Assembly: GCA_963778555.1 (NCBI GenBank)
Contig: CAVZUR010000005.1
Location: forward strand, 161,756 to 225,755
From: Candidatus Moraniibacteriota bacterium
Lineage (GTDB): Bacteria > Patescibacteriota > Minisyncoccia > Moranbacterales > UBA1568
DNA length: 64,000 bases
Direction of reading: 5' to 3'
Position 1 is the stretch's first letter; each line of letters opens with the position of its first letter. Positions 1-8,065 of the stretch are shown here, piece by piece. The notes under the pieces are model-generated. The model saw only the letters and a program-made list of their open reading frames with translations, did no database searches and had not been told where the DNA came from. Made by a program: the position numbers and the translations under genes.

Positions 1-319
1 CGCCTTCGAGTGGAGTCTCAGTATGGATCCAGAATGAGTGGATGTCATCGAAAGCATAGAGCGTTTTTCCGCCGACCACACCTTTATCAGTAACCGCAAA
101 CTCGTACACTCGCGGGTCACGGGTGATGAAGAGGTATCCGACGATGCCAATCAGGATGAAGGTGATCGCCATAAGCGGACTGTTGGTAAAGACGGCGTAG
201 GTAATAATGGCCGCGAGGAGGATGGTGGATATCATGAGTCCGCGCGGATTCGGTCGGACATGGATATGTTCCGGCGCCTGCCATGACAGAATCGGTGCAC
301 CGACAAGCATTGGTTCCAT
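1..319 (-). CDS. Membrane protein with two TM helices and a soluble C-terminal domain (DUF5673-like), runs off window start
   Basis: Manual translation from ATG at 319: MEPMLVGAPILSWQAPEHIHVRPNPRGLMISTILLAAIITYAVFTNSPLMAITFILIGIVGYLFITRDPRVYEFAVTDKG...SFWI; open to position 1. Confidence 0.75.
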   Translation of the reverse strand, partial: MEPMLVGAPILSWQAPEHIHVRPNPRGLMISTILLAAIITYAVFTNSPLMAITFILIGIVGYLFITRDPRVYEFAVTDKGVVGGKTLYAFDDIHSFWIHTETPLEG

Positions 320-403
320 AAGAAATTTCTTTTCTTCTACTATACCACGCCGAACCACTTCGATGAATGATTCAGCTGAGTCGTCAAGACTTTTTTTTGT
401 AAT

Positions 404-430
404 GCGGAATCGGAAGGATTTATCCCTTCG
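404..430 (-). repeat. Decayed copy of tRNA-Ser 3' end (att-like scar)
   Basis: GCGGAATCGGAAGGATTTATCCCTTCG matches 646-672 at 22 of 27 positions. Confidence 0.7.
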
Positions 431-506
431 CGGTATAAACTCCTCATCCTTCCGTTACTATAGAAACTAAAATAGAACCATACAAGATAGCCCGGCTTTT
501 GTTCTA

Positions 507-558
507 GCGGAAGCGGAAGGATTCGAACCTTCGATACCCTTTCGGGTACGACAGTTTT
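507..558 (-). repeat. Exact 52-bp duplicate of tRNA-Ser(TGA) 3' half
   Basis: 507-558 identical to 646-697; ends in the anticodon loop. Confidence 0.95.
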
Positions 559-564
559 TCTCGA

Positions 565-889
565 TCCCGTTAGAGAGCGGGGGATATGACCCTCCAAAGG
601 CGGGCAGGGATTCTGAACTCACGATACCATGACTATCCAATCAAAGCGGAAGCGGAAGGATTCGAACCTTCGATACCCTTTCGGGTACGACAGTTTTCAA
701 GACTGTTGCCTTCAACCACTCGGCCACGCTTCCGCTTTGACAAGATAATGCTAGTTTTCCCCGCTGAAGTGGGATGGTTGTTTATAACTGCATTGTAGTG
801 AAATATAGATAAACAGGAAACAAGATAATAGCCTTCCCTGCCCGCCTTTGGAGGGAACCACTCGGCCACTCCTCCGCTCTCTAACGGGA
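565..889. mobile_element. Element bounded by nested inverted repeats, inserted in the anticodon loop of a tRNA-Ser copy
   Basis: 16-bp IR TCCCGTTAGAGAGCGG (565-580) / CCGCTCTCTAACGGGA (874-889); inner 21-bp IR 590-610 / 835-855; flanked by 3' half (507-558) and decayed 5' half (890-932) of tRNA-Ser. Confidence 0.6.
647..733 (-). tRNA. tRNA-Ser(TGA)
   Basis: GGAAGCG acceptor stem, ACAGT-CT-TGA-AA-ACTGT anticodon arm, long variable arm, GTTCGAATC T loop. Confidence 0.96.
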
Positions 890-932
890 CAAGCTGCTGC
901 CTTCAATCCGCCAGCTGGCGGACCACGCTTCC
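890..932 (-). pseudogene. Decayed tRNA-Ser 5' half with a 16-bp palindrome in the D arm
   Basis: Aligns to 698-733; CCACTCGG replaced by perfect palindrome TCCGCCAGCTGGCGGA (907-922). Confidence 0.75.
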
Positions 933-953
933 AATTTTTTATAGATCGTTCAC

Positions 954-1029
954 TGGTGCGCTCGGAGGGAATCGAACCCCCGACCCTCTGGTTCGAAGCC
1001 AGATGCTCTATCCACTGAGCTACGAGCGC
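954..1029 (-). tRNA. tRNA-Arg(TCG)
   Basis: GCGCTCG acceptor stem, TCTGG-CT-TCG-AA-CCAGA anticodon arm, encoded CCA. Confidence 0.96.
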
Positions 1030-1072
1030 ATAGCCTCCCTGTTGTAGCTCGAATCGGGCTGGCCGTCAAAAT

Positions 1073-2650
1073 TTATCTTTTCGCGTCCAACATTGGCAGG
1101 AGCGAGGTCCCGTTCATTTTTTCTGGTCTCGTCAGACCGAAGATATGGAGGATAGTCGGAGCGACGTCGGACAGCAGTCCATGGACCTCGTTCTGCTCGC
1201 GAACCATCGTTTCCGAGTTCTTGTCGCGATGATTGGTTGGCGTGATATACCAGAGCGGTATGGGATTGGTGGAATGTTCCGTATCACGTTCACCGGTCTG
1301 GAGATTCATGACCTCTTCTACATTGCCGTGGTCGGCCGTGATGATCATCGCTCCTCCCGCTGAAAGAACTGCGGGGATAAGTCGCGAGAGGCACTTGTCC
1401 GTGGCCTCGACCGCTTCAATGGAGGCCGCCTCATTTCCAGTGTGGCCGACCATGTCGGCATTGGCGTAATTCATAAGGATAAAATCATATCGCCCTTCCT
1501 GGATCTTCTGGATGACGGTATCGGTAACTGCGGGTGCGCTCATTTCCGGTTGTTCATCAAAGTGCGAGACGGCAGGAGAGGGGATGAGGACTCGATCCTC
1601 ATTTGGGAATGCCTCTTCATTGCCACCGTTGAAAAAATACGTGACGTGAGCGTACTTTTCGGTCTCAGCGATTCGCAGTTGCTTCAGTCCAGCTTTTGAG
1701 AGTACTTCTCCGAGACTGTCATGCACTTCTTCCGGCGGAAAAGCGATGTGGACGGGCAGATCTTTTTCATACTCGGTCATAGTGACAAAATGGATGTCGG
1801 GTTTTTTCTTTCGAGCAAATCCGTCAAATTCAGGCATGACGAAGGCTTTGGTGATTTCCCGTGCCCGGTCCTCACGGAAGTTAAAAAAGATGACCGCGTC
1901 GCCGTCCTCGATGAGTCCGACTGGAGCGCCGTCCTTTTCGACGATGGTCGGCTCAATGAACTCATCGTTGATATTTTTCGCGTACAGTTGTTCCATATGC
2001 AGGAGCGGATCGCTGGTTCGTTCACCGACGCCCTCCGTGAGCATGCGATAGGCTTTCTCAATCCGGTCCCAATTATTGTTCCGGTCCATGGCATAATAGC
2101 GACCGATAAGGCTGCCGATTTTCCCGATACCGACGAGGCGGATCTCGCGCTCAAGTTCGCGAATATGGCCGACGCCGGAGGTTGGGGCTGAATCCCGGCC
2201 GTCAGTAAAGGCGTGCACGATGACTTTTTCGACATTTTGCGCTTTGGCGAGACGGAGCAGTGCGAGCAGATGATCTCGATGGGAGTGGACCGAGCCGGGG
2301 CTGATAAGTCCCATGAGATGGAGCGTGGAATCGTTTTTCTTGGTCAGATCCATCGCTTCGAGTAAAGCGGCGTTCGTGTCAAATGTCCCATCTTGGATGG
2401 CGAGCGCGATCCGAGGCATATTTTGGTAGATGATGCGCCCGGCACCCATCGTCATGTGGCCGACTTCGGAGTTACCGGCAGTGTTCCAGGGGAGACCGAC
2501 CGAAATACCCGATGCCTGAAGGGTGGTCATCGGATAAAAACGGTTCAGCTTTTCAAAAGTGGGAAGCTTGGCTTCACGAATAGGATTGCCCTGGGTCGTA
2601 TTGGATATTCCCCAGCCGTCGAGGACGATGAGGACAAAGGGTCGGTACAT
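1073..2650 (-). CDS. gpmI: 2,3-bisphosphoglycerate-independent phosphoglycerate mutase
   Basis: LDGWG, GNSEVGH, DGRD, AETEKYAHVT, DMVGHTG and TADHGN motifs; start taken at MYRPF. Confidence 0.97.
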   Translation of the reverse strand: MYRPFVLIVLDGWGISNTTQGNPIREAKLPTFEKLNRFYPMTTLQASGISVGLPWNTAGNSEVGHMTMGAGRIIYQNMPRIALAIQDGTFDTNAALLEAMDLTKKNDSTLHLMGLISPGSVHSHRDHLLALLRLAKAQNVEKVIVHAFTDGRDSAPTSGVGHIRELEREIRLVGIGKIGSLIGRYYAMDRNNNWDRIEKAYRMLTEGVGERTSDPLLHMEQLYAKNINDEFIEPTIVEKDGAPVGLIEDGDAVIFFNFREDRAREITKAFVMPEFDGFARKKKPDIHFVTMTEYEKDLPVHIAFPPEEVHDSLGEVLSKAGLKQLRIAETEKYAHVTYFFNGGNEEAFPNEDRVLIPSPAVSHFDEQPEMSAPAVTDTVIQKIQEGRYDFILMNYANADMVGHTGNEAASIEAVEATDKCLSRLIPAVLSAGGAMIITADHGNVEEVMNLQTGERDTEHSTNPIPLWYITPTNHRDKNSETMVREQNEVHGLLSDVAPTILHIFGLTRPEKMNGTSLLPMLDAKR

Positions 2651-2837
2651 GTTTTTATTTTTTCTTATTATCAAACGGAGTGAGAAAAACAACAAGCTCC
2701 GTTCCCGTTCCCACTACAACGAGGTGTAATCGATAAACGACCCTGCTCAACCGATAATCGGAACAGTCGGTAGACTAGTTTCTCTCAAGACAGGGCTTTT
2801 TTGGCTTTTCTGAGGGAATTATAGCAGTTCTCGGCTT

Positions 2838-2866
2838 TTGACAAAAGCAATGGACAGGAGTACTCT
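2838..2866 (+). promoter_or_regulatory. Sigma70 promoter upstream of rny leader
   Basis: TTGACA-17 bp-TACTCT. Confidence 0.6.
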
Positions 2867-2890
2867 CAAAAAAGAGATACTAATTCCAAA

Positions 2891-3059
2891 TTGCTCTTCA
2901 AGTGTCGTTTATTCCGTTCGGTACCAAAGAAAGGGTTGCTCTGATGCTTCGGATTTCATTTGTTTTCCAATCAACTCTTTTTTCTCGAACTGCCCGCTCA
3001 TGATGAGCGGTGAAGGTTTGGGTTCGGGCAGGTGTGCCAGTACCGACGTGTGAGAGCGA
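2891..3059 (+). ncRNA. Candidate structured RNA / rny 5' leader
   Basis: Closing stem 2891-2907 with 3044-3059 enclosing hairpins 2926-2983 and 2990-3031, folded by eye. Confidence 0.35.
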
Positions 3060-3084
3060 CGCTCGAATCAGCGCATTTTTTCCT

Positions 3085-4611
3085 ATGACTCTGATCATAC
3101 TTGCGAGTGCCCTCGGCGCGCTGGGTGTCGGGATTTTCGTCGGCTATCTCATTCGACAGAATCTCGCCAAGAAACAGCTTTCCACTGCAGAAGGCCAGGC
3201 TGCCAAGATTGTCGAAGAAGCTGAGAAGAAAGCTGAGAGTCTCACGCTCGACGCGAAGAACAAAGCCGTTACGATTCTCGAAGAAGCCAAGCGAAGCGAG
3301 CAGGTCCGTGAGGAGAAGATCACCCACCAAGAATCGCGCGTCGAAAAACGGCAGGAACAGATTGAGAAAGAGGCTCAGGCCATCGAGGATGAGAAAAAAC
3401 GACTGTTGGGAAAAGCAGAAGAGATCCAGGCTATCAAGTCCGAAGTCGAGGGGCTGAAGGAGAAAGAGATTGAGGAATTGCAGCGCGTGGCTAAGCTCAC
3501 GCATGAAGAGGCGGAAGGCCGTCTCATGAAGCTGGTTGAAGAGGAAAGCAAAGACGCGCTCGTTGCTCGGATGTCCAAGCTGGAGAACGAAGCCCATGAT
3601 GAGCTGGAGAAACGCTCCTTCGCAATCATGGCGACGGTTATCCAGAAATATTCTCGGACCCACGTTTCGGAATTTACGACGACGACTATCACTATTCCCT
3701 CGGATGACATCAAAGGCAAGATTATCGGCAAGGAGGGTCGAAACATCCGTGCGCTGGAAAAAGAAACCGGTGTTGAACTCATCGTCGACGATACGCCCGA
3801 ATCCATCATCATTTCCGGTTTCGATCCGGTGCGGCGTGAAGTCGCCAGGATCGCACTGGAAAAGCTCATCTCTGATGGTCGTATCCATCCGGCCCGCATC
3901 GAAGAAGCCGTCGCGGAAGGGCGCAAGGAAATCGACAACAAGATTAAAGAGGCTGGGGAAGCGGCCGCCTATGAAGCTGGTGTGCCGGGACTGCATCCGA
4001 AACTCCTCTATATCCTGGGACGGCTGCGCTATCGCTACAGTTATAAACAGAATGTTCTCCTTCACTCACTCGAGGTTTCCTATCTCTCCGCGGCGCTGGC
4101 TGCTGAGCTTGGGGCAGATGTTGCGACTGCGCGGAAAGCTGGTCTGATGCACGATATCGGCAAAGCGGTGGACCATGAGATCGAGGGGACGCATGTGAAG
4201 ATCGGGATGCGCATCTTGGAGAAATTCGGCATCACCCAGAACGTTATCGATGGCATGAAGTCCCATCATGACGAGTACCCGCACGCGACCATCGAAAGTT
4301 ATATCGTGACAGCTGCCGATGCGTTGTCTGCGGCTCGGCCTGGTGCCCGCAAAGAAACAGCCGAGAAATACATCAAACGACTCGAAGAGCTCGAATCGCT
4401 CATCAATACGTTCCCGCAAGTGGAGAAATCGTATGCCATTCAGGCGGGCCGTGAGGTGCGCATCTTCGTCAATCCCGAAAAGACTGATGACTATGGCGCG
4501 ATGACATTGGCACGCGATGTGTCCAAGCGTATCCAGGAAGAGCTCCAGTATCCGGGCGAGATCAAAGTCGTCGTGTTCCGCGAGACCCGTGCGGTCGAAT
4601 ACGCCAGATAA
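3085..4611 (+). CDS. rny: Ribonuclease Y
   Basis: N-terminal TM, coiled coil, KH domain (KGKIIGKEGRNI), HD domain (HDIGKA), AIQAGREVR. Confidence 0.97.
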   Translation: MTLIILASALGALGVGIFVGYLIRQNLAKKQLSTAEGQAAKIVEEAEKKAESLTLDAKNKAVTILEEAKRSEQVREEKITHQESRVEKRQEQIEKEAQAIEDEKKRLLGKAEEIQAIKSEVEGLKEKEIEELQRVAKLTHEEAEGRLMKLVEEESKDALVARMSKLENEAHDELEKRSFAIMATVIQKYSRTHVSEFTTTTITIPSDDIKGKIIGKEGRNIRALEKETGVELIVDDTPESIIISGFDPVRREVARIALEKLISDGRIHPARIEEAVAEGRKEIDNKIKEAGEAAAYEAGVPGLHPKLLYILGRLRYRYSYKQNVLLHSLEVSYLSAALAAELGADVATARKAGLMHDIGKAVDHEIEGTHVKIGMRILEKFGITQNVIDGMKSHHDEYPHATIESYIVTAADALSAARPGARKETAEKYIKRLEELESLINTFPQVEKSYAIQAGREVRIFVNPEKTDDYGAMTLARDVSKRIQEELQYPGEIKVVVFRETRAVEYAR

Positions 4612-4726
4612 CGAGGGATGAGGTTTGAGTGTTTAGGGGTTAGAAAATATATGAAAAGGCAGATTCCCGGAAACGGGGATTTTGCTTTATATAAAGCAAT
4701 TCTGATGTTTCTATGCGCAGTGATGC

Positions 4727-5054
4727 TTGACAGGTTTCTCATTCAGTGCTATGATGTTGTCACCATCAGCTAGCGTCTCACAAAAGCGTGGTGGTGTACG
4801 TACCTTTTCTTCATTAGATTTCCGGCGCAATGGCGCCATCGTTGCTTCGCGGCAGGGCATGGGCCCACCGCATCTGGTTGATTCCGTTCCGGGGCACTGC
4901 GCCCCAACTGTTCGTTCCGTCGGCAGGGCCACACCCAGCCGGACGTCCGCTGAAATCGTGCTACCGATCCCGCTGCGTACTCGCAGCCAAGCCCGCCGTC
5001 ATCGTTTGAGGACCTCCAAAATCCTCTTCGAAGACTCGCGGGCCTTCTTTTTTT
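4727..5054 (+). other. Small stand-alone transcription unit, product unresolved (small ORF or ncRNA)
   Basis: TTGACA-17-TATGAT promoter at 4727-4755, 5' hairpin CACCATCA/TGGTGGTG, hairpin plus T-run at 5030-5054. Confidence 0.45.
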
Positions 5055-5204
5055 ACGGCTCATCAAGGACTTCTTGACAGATTATCCTTTCACTGAGCCA
5101 AAAAGCCTTGCATACTTTCGAGTTTTGCTTTATTCTCGGGGAAAGGAGACAGTGCTCCTGGAAAAGTGAATGAAATTAAAACTAGAAAGGCAGGTGGAAT
5201 CATT

Positions 5205-5486
5205 ATGAAAAACGTGAACAAAGACACATTGGTGCACGAGATCTGCGAGAAGACCAGTCTCTCCAAAAAAGACATCGAGCTCACGCTGGAAGCGTTCGAG
5301 GATGTGGTCACCGCTGAGCTCCGCAAGGGGAACAAAGTGACTATGACCGGCTTCGGTACTTTCAAAGTCTCGAATCGCGCCGCTCGCGAGGGCATCAACC
5401 CGCAGACCAAGGCCAAGATCATGATCCCGGCGATGACGGTCCCCAAGTTTACCGCTGGCAAAGGCCTCAAGGAAGCCGTGAAATAG
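5205..5486 (+). CDS. hup: HU family DNA-binding protein
   Basis: GFGTF, RAAREGINPQT and VPKFTAGKGLKEAV motifs. Confidence 0.95.
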   Translation: MKNVNKDTLVHEICEKTSLSKKDIELTLEAFEDVVTAELRKGNKVTMTGFGTFKVSNRAAREGINPQTKAKIMIPAMTVPKFTAGKGLKEAVK

Positions 5487-5605
5487 GTAGTGGTGCGAAA
5501 AAAAGATAGAACCGTCCCCCGCCTTCCATGGCGGGGGGTTGTTTTCTAGGGAGGGTGGCCAGAAAGTAGGAAAAAGGCTAGGATACGTCTGCTTTACGGA
5601 GCATA

Positions 5606-5895
5606 GCTCCGTTAGAGACACAGAGACTTATGTATTACGTTTATCTTCTCGAAAGTCAGAAAGACTGGGGTTGGTATATCGGTTACACTGGAGAACTTCG
5701 AAAAAGGATTTCCGAACATAACCGCAAGATGAGTAAGTCTACGAAGTCTCGAGCGCCGTTCAAACTCCTTTATTATGAAGCATGTTTGAGTGAGCACGAC
5801 GCTAAGGCAAGGGAAAAGTATCTGAAGACAGGTATGGGTAGGCGATTTTTAAGAAATAGGTTAAAATCCTTTTTCGAAGGAGTCTCTAACGGAGC
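5606..5895. mobile_element. GIY-YIG cassette bounded by 14-bp inverted repeats
   Basis: GCTCCGTTAGAGAC (5606-5619) / GTCTCTAACGGAGC (5882-5895); ACGGAGCATAG directly repeated at 5596-5606 and 5889-5899. Confidence 0.6.
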
Positions 5896-5899
5896 ATAG
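5630..5899 (+). CDS. Small GIY-YIG nuclease family protein
   Basis: YVYLL...WYIGYT...RISEHN...YYEA...AREKYLK; 89 aa; stop codon lies inside tRNA-Pro. Confidence 0.92.
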   Translation: MYYVYLLESQKDWGWYIGYTGELRKRISEHNRKMSKSTKSRAPFKLLYYEACLSEHDAKAREKYLKTGMGRRFLRNRLKSFFEGVSNGA

Positions 5900-5960
5900 T
5901 ATAGTGGTAGTACGTCTGCTTTGGGAGCAGATAGTCCCGGTTCGATTCCGGGTGCTCCGA
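5890..5960 (+). tRNA. tRNA-Pro(TGG)
   Basis: CGGAGCA/TGCTCCG acceptor stem, TCTGC-TT-TGG-GA-GCAGA anticodon arm, GTTCGATTC. Confidence 0.95.
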
Positions 5961-5978
5961 CACGAATTAAAGAGCAAT

Positions 5979-6052
5979 TGGAGCTGAGTTATCTGTGGCG
6001 GCGGGCGGGTAGACCGGTTCCCGTCCGGTGGGAGGATGCCTCCAGGCTCCGA
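5979..6052 (+). pseudogene. Decayed tRNA-Pro-like remnant with hairpin insertion
   Basis: TGGAGCT/GGCTCCG acceptor, ACCGG-TTCCCGT-CCGGT T-arm remnant, inserted GGAGG-ATG-CCTCC; ends GCTCCGACA like tRNA-Pro. Confidence 0.5.
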
Positions 6053-6068
6053 CATAATTTTTCTCGTT

Positions 6069-6401
6069 ATGAGGAAGGAATACAAGAAGCTCGTACGTGA
6101 TCGTATCCCCGAAATCATCTGGGAAAAGGGGAGCGTGCCAGAGACTCGCACCCTCTCGGAGTCGGAATTTCTCACTGAGCTCAAGAAGAAATTTCAAGAA
6201 GAGCTCGGCGAATATTTCTCGGCTGCCACCCCCGAAGCGCGACTCGAAGAAATGGCGGATATCTTTGAAGTCATCACTGCTTTGAATGAGGCTGAAGGAA
6301 GAAGTATCGAACAGGTGATCGAGATACAGCGGAAAAAGCGTAAGGAGCGCGGCGCGTTCCAGGAGCGGATTTTTTTGGAATCAGTAGAGGAAAAGGAATG
6401 A
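6069..6401 (+). CDS. Nucleoside triphosphate pyrophosphohydrolase (MazG/PRA-PH-like)
   Basis: KLVRDRIPEII, EE..E and EEMADIFEV motifs, KRKERGAF. Confidence 0.88.
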   Translation: MRKEYKKLVRDRIPEIIWEKGSVPETRTLSESEFLTELKKKFQEELGEYFSAATPEARLEEMADIFEVITALNEAEGRSIEQVIEIQRKKRKERGAFQERIFLESVEEKE

Positions 6402-7411
6402 AAAAAGTCGTTACTATCGGCGGCGGCACGGGGAGTTTCATGCTCCTCTCGGGTCTGAAGGAATATCCGATTGAATTGTCGGCGATTGTCTCGATGGCGG
6501 ACGATGGTGGGTCGACCGGAGTGCTCCGCGATGAGCTCGGCGTCCTACCGCCGGGCGATGTGCGCCAATGTTTGGTCGCGCTCTCAGAGACGCCTGAACG
6601 GCTGCGCGAGCTCATGAATTATCGCTTCAAGAATGGTGGACTCGAAGGCCACAGTTTCGGCAATCTCCTCCTCTCGGCGCTCGAAAAGATCACAGGGGAT
6701 TTCGGCGAAGCTGTGCGCGAGGCGGCTCAGATCCTGAATGTCCGCGGCGAGGTGATACCGGTGACGCTCTCGGATACGCATCTCTATATGCAGCTCCTGA
6801 ATGGCAAGCTCCTCTCCGGCGAGCATGAGATCAATGTGAATACGAAATTGGAGAAAGTCGGCGTGAAAAAAGTGTTTCTGAAGCCGCTCCCGACGCCCAA
6901 TCCATTAGCGATTCAGCGCATCCTTGACGCCGATCTTGTCATCATCGGGCCCGGGAGTCACTACTGTGCTATCATCCCGAGCCTGCTCGTGCCCGGTATC
7001 GCCGAAGCGCTCAAGAAGACCAAAGCGAAGATCGTCTACAACTGCAACCTCATCTCGAAGCGCGGCCAGACGGATCATTTCTCGCTCGAAGACTATGTCG
7101 ATGCGCTTCATAAGCTCCTCGGCCAGGAGCGGATCGACTATGTCACGTACAATACGGCGATACCTCCGGCGCGACTCTTGAAGCGATACGCGGACGAGGG
7201 GAACACGGTCATCTTTCAGCGAGCGGGGGAGCGGCGTTACCGTGTCATCCAGGCCGATCTCTTGAGTCAGGAAAGAACCGTCCGCCGGCGCGAGGACAAG
7301 ATCGCCCAAACCCGTTCCTTCATCCGGCATGACCCGAAGAAACTCGCCAAGGTCCTGATGCTGCTTCTTGAGATCGGGGACTATGAGAATATCTTGAAGG
7401 ATATCGTCTAG
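6398..7411 (+). CDS. YvcK/CofD family gluconeogenesis factor
   Basis: IGGGTG, DDGGSTGVLR, PPGDVR, GHSFGNL and RHDP motifs. Confidence 0.93.
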   Translation: MKKVVTIGGGTGSFMLLSGLKEYPIELSAIVSMADDGGSTGVLRDELGVLPPGDVRQCLVALSETPERLRELMNYRFKNGGLEGHSFGNLLLSALEKITGDFGEAVREAAQILNVRGEVIPVTLSDTHLYMQLLNGKLLSGEHEINVNTKLEKVGVKKVFLKPLPTPNPLAIQRILDADLVIIGPGSHYCAIIPSLLVPGIAEALKKTKAKIVYNCNLISKRGQTDHFSLEDYVDALHKLLGQERIDYVTYNTAIPPARLLKRYADEGNTVIFQRAGERRYRVIQADLLSQERTVRRREDKIAQTRSFIRHDPKKLAKVLMLLLEIGDYENILKDIV

Positions 7412-7431
7412 AGACTTGTATCAGAACTGTC

Positions 7432-7454
7432 ACTTGGAAGTCGAACTTCCAAGT
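7432..7454. repeat. REP-like palindrome, copy 1
   Basis: ACTTGGAAGT-CGA-ACTTCCAAGT. Confidence 0.8.
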
Positions 7455-7703
7455 ATGGTAGGGGGTAGATTGGCCACGTGCAGAATTGACAGTATGGTCG
7501 CGTTATGCTACATTATTTTTTTCAAGCATTTTTGATTGCAGAGAAAAAATATTTTTGCTAGTATCGGAACAAGTTCTTTTATCAGAGTGTGAGTGAACGG
7601 ACATATGCCGCTTTCGATGGAAGGCCGCGTTTGCCCGTTCGCTCGCCATCGCTGGCTCGCGTTTCGGGATCGCCCCTCAACCATTTCCGAAAGGGAATCG
7701 ACC

Positions 7704-7868
7704 ATGACGACTCACGGACCACCGAGCAACCGCAATGTGTATTGCATCGCTCAGGTCGACAGCGGCGGCACCTTCTCCATCGGGCAGATGAACTCGGGCT
7801 GCGGCAGCGTGTCCCCCGATCGCCTCAGCGCCGGCCAGCACAGCGCCAACATCGCCGACGGCCACTGA
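7704..7868 (+). CDS. Small hypothetical peptide (54 aa, Gly/Ser-rich, 2 Cys)
   Basis: AAAGGGA SD, GC3-rich codons, upstream TTGCAG-17-TAGTAT promoter (7536-7564). Confidence 0.5.
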   Translation: MTTHGPPSNRNVYCIAQVDSGGTFSIGQMNSGCGSVSPDRLSAGQHSANIADGH

Positions 7869-7896
7869 CCCGCGCCCGGTGGGGAAAGGAGCTTGC

Positions 7897-7959
7897 ATGA
7901 GATCCATGCTTGCGCTGTTCTCCGGCAGCATGAGGTTCAAGGCCTCGATCTGCTGCTGA
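7897..7959 (+). CDS. Putative 20-aa peptide MRSMLALFSGSMRFKASICC
   Basis: GAAAGGAG SD 5 nt upstream; followed by GGGCCCC/GGGGCCC hairpin. Confidence 0.3.
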   Translation: MRSMLALFSGSMRFKASICC

Positions 7960-8042
7960 GATCCGGCTTCTGATTCACCCACACCTCGGGCCCCAACGAC
8001 AAACGTCTGCGGGGCCCTTCAACTTTTATGTATGTGACTTCA

Positions 8043-8063
8043 CTTGGAAGTTCGACTTCCAAG
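8043..8063. repeat. REP-like palindrome, copy 2 (inverted relative to copy 1)
   Basis: CTTGGAAGT-TCG-ACTTCCAAG. Confidence 0.8.
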
Positions 8064-8065
8064 GA

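Noticed and set aside
559-645. Prophage or integrative element between the tRNA-Ser direct repeats
   Set aside because: Only 87 bp and no integrase; treated as part of the nested tRNA structure
2998-4065. Long antisense ORFs (also 14664-15893, 34626-35723, 43578-44528)
   Set aside because: Typical antisense shadows of GC3-rich genes with no independent protein signal
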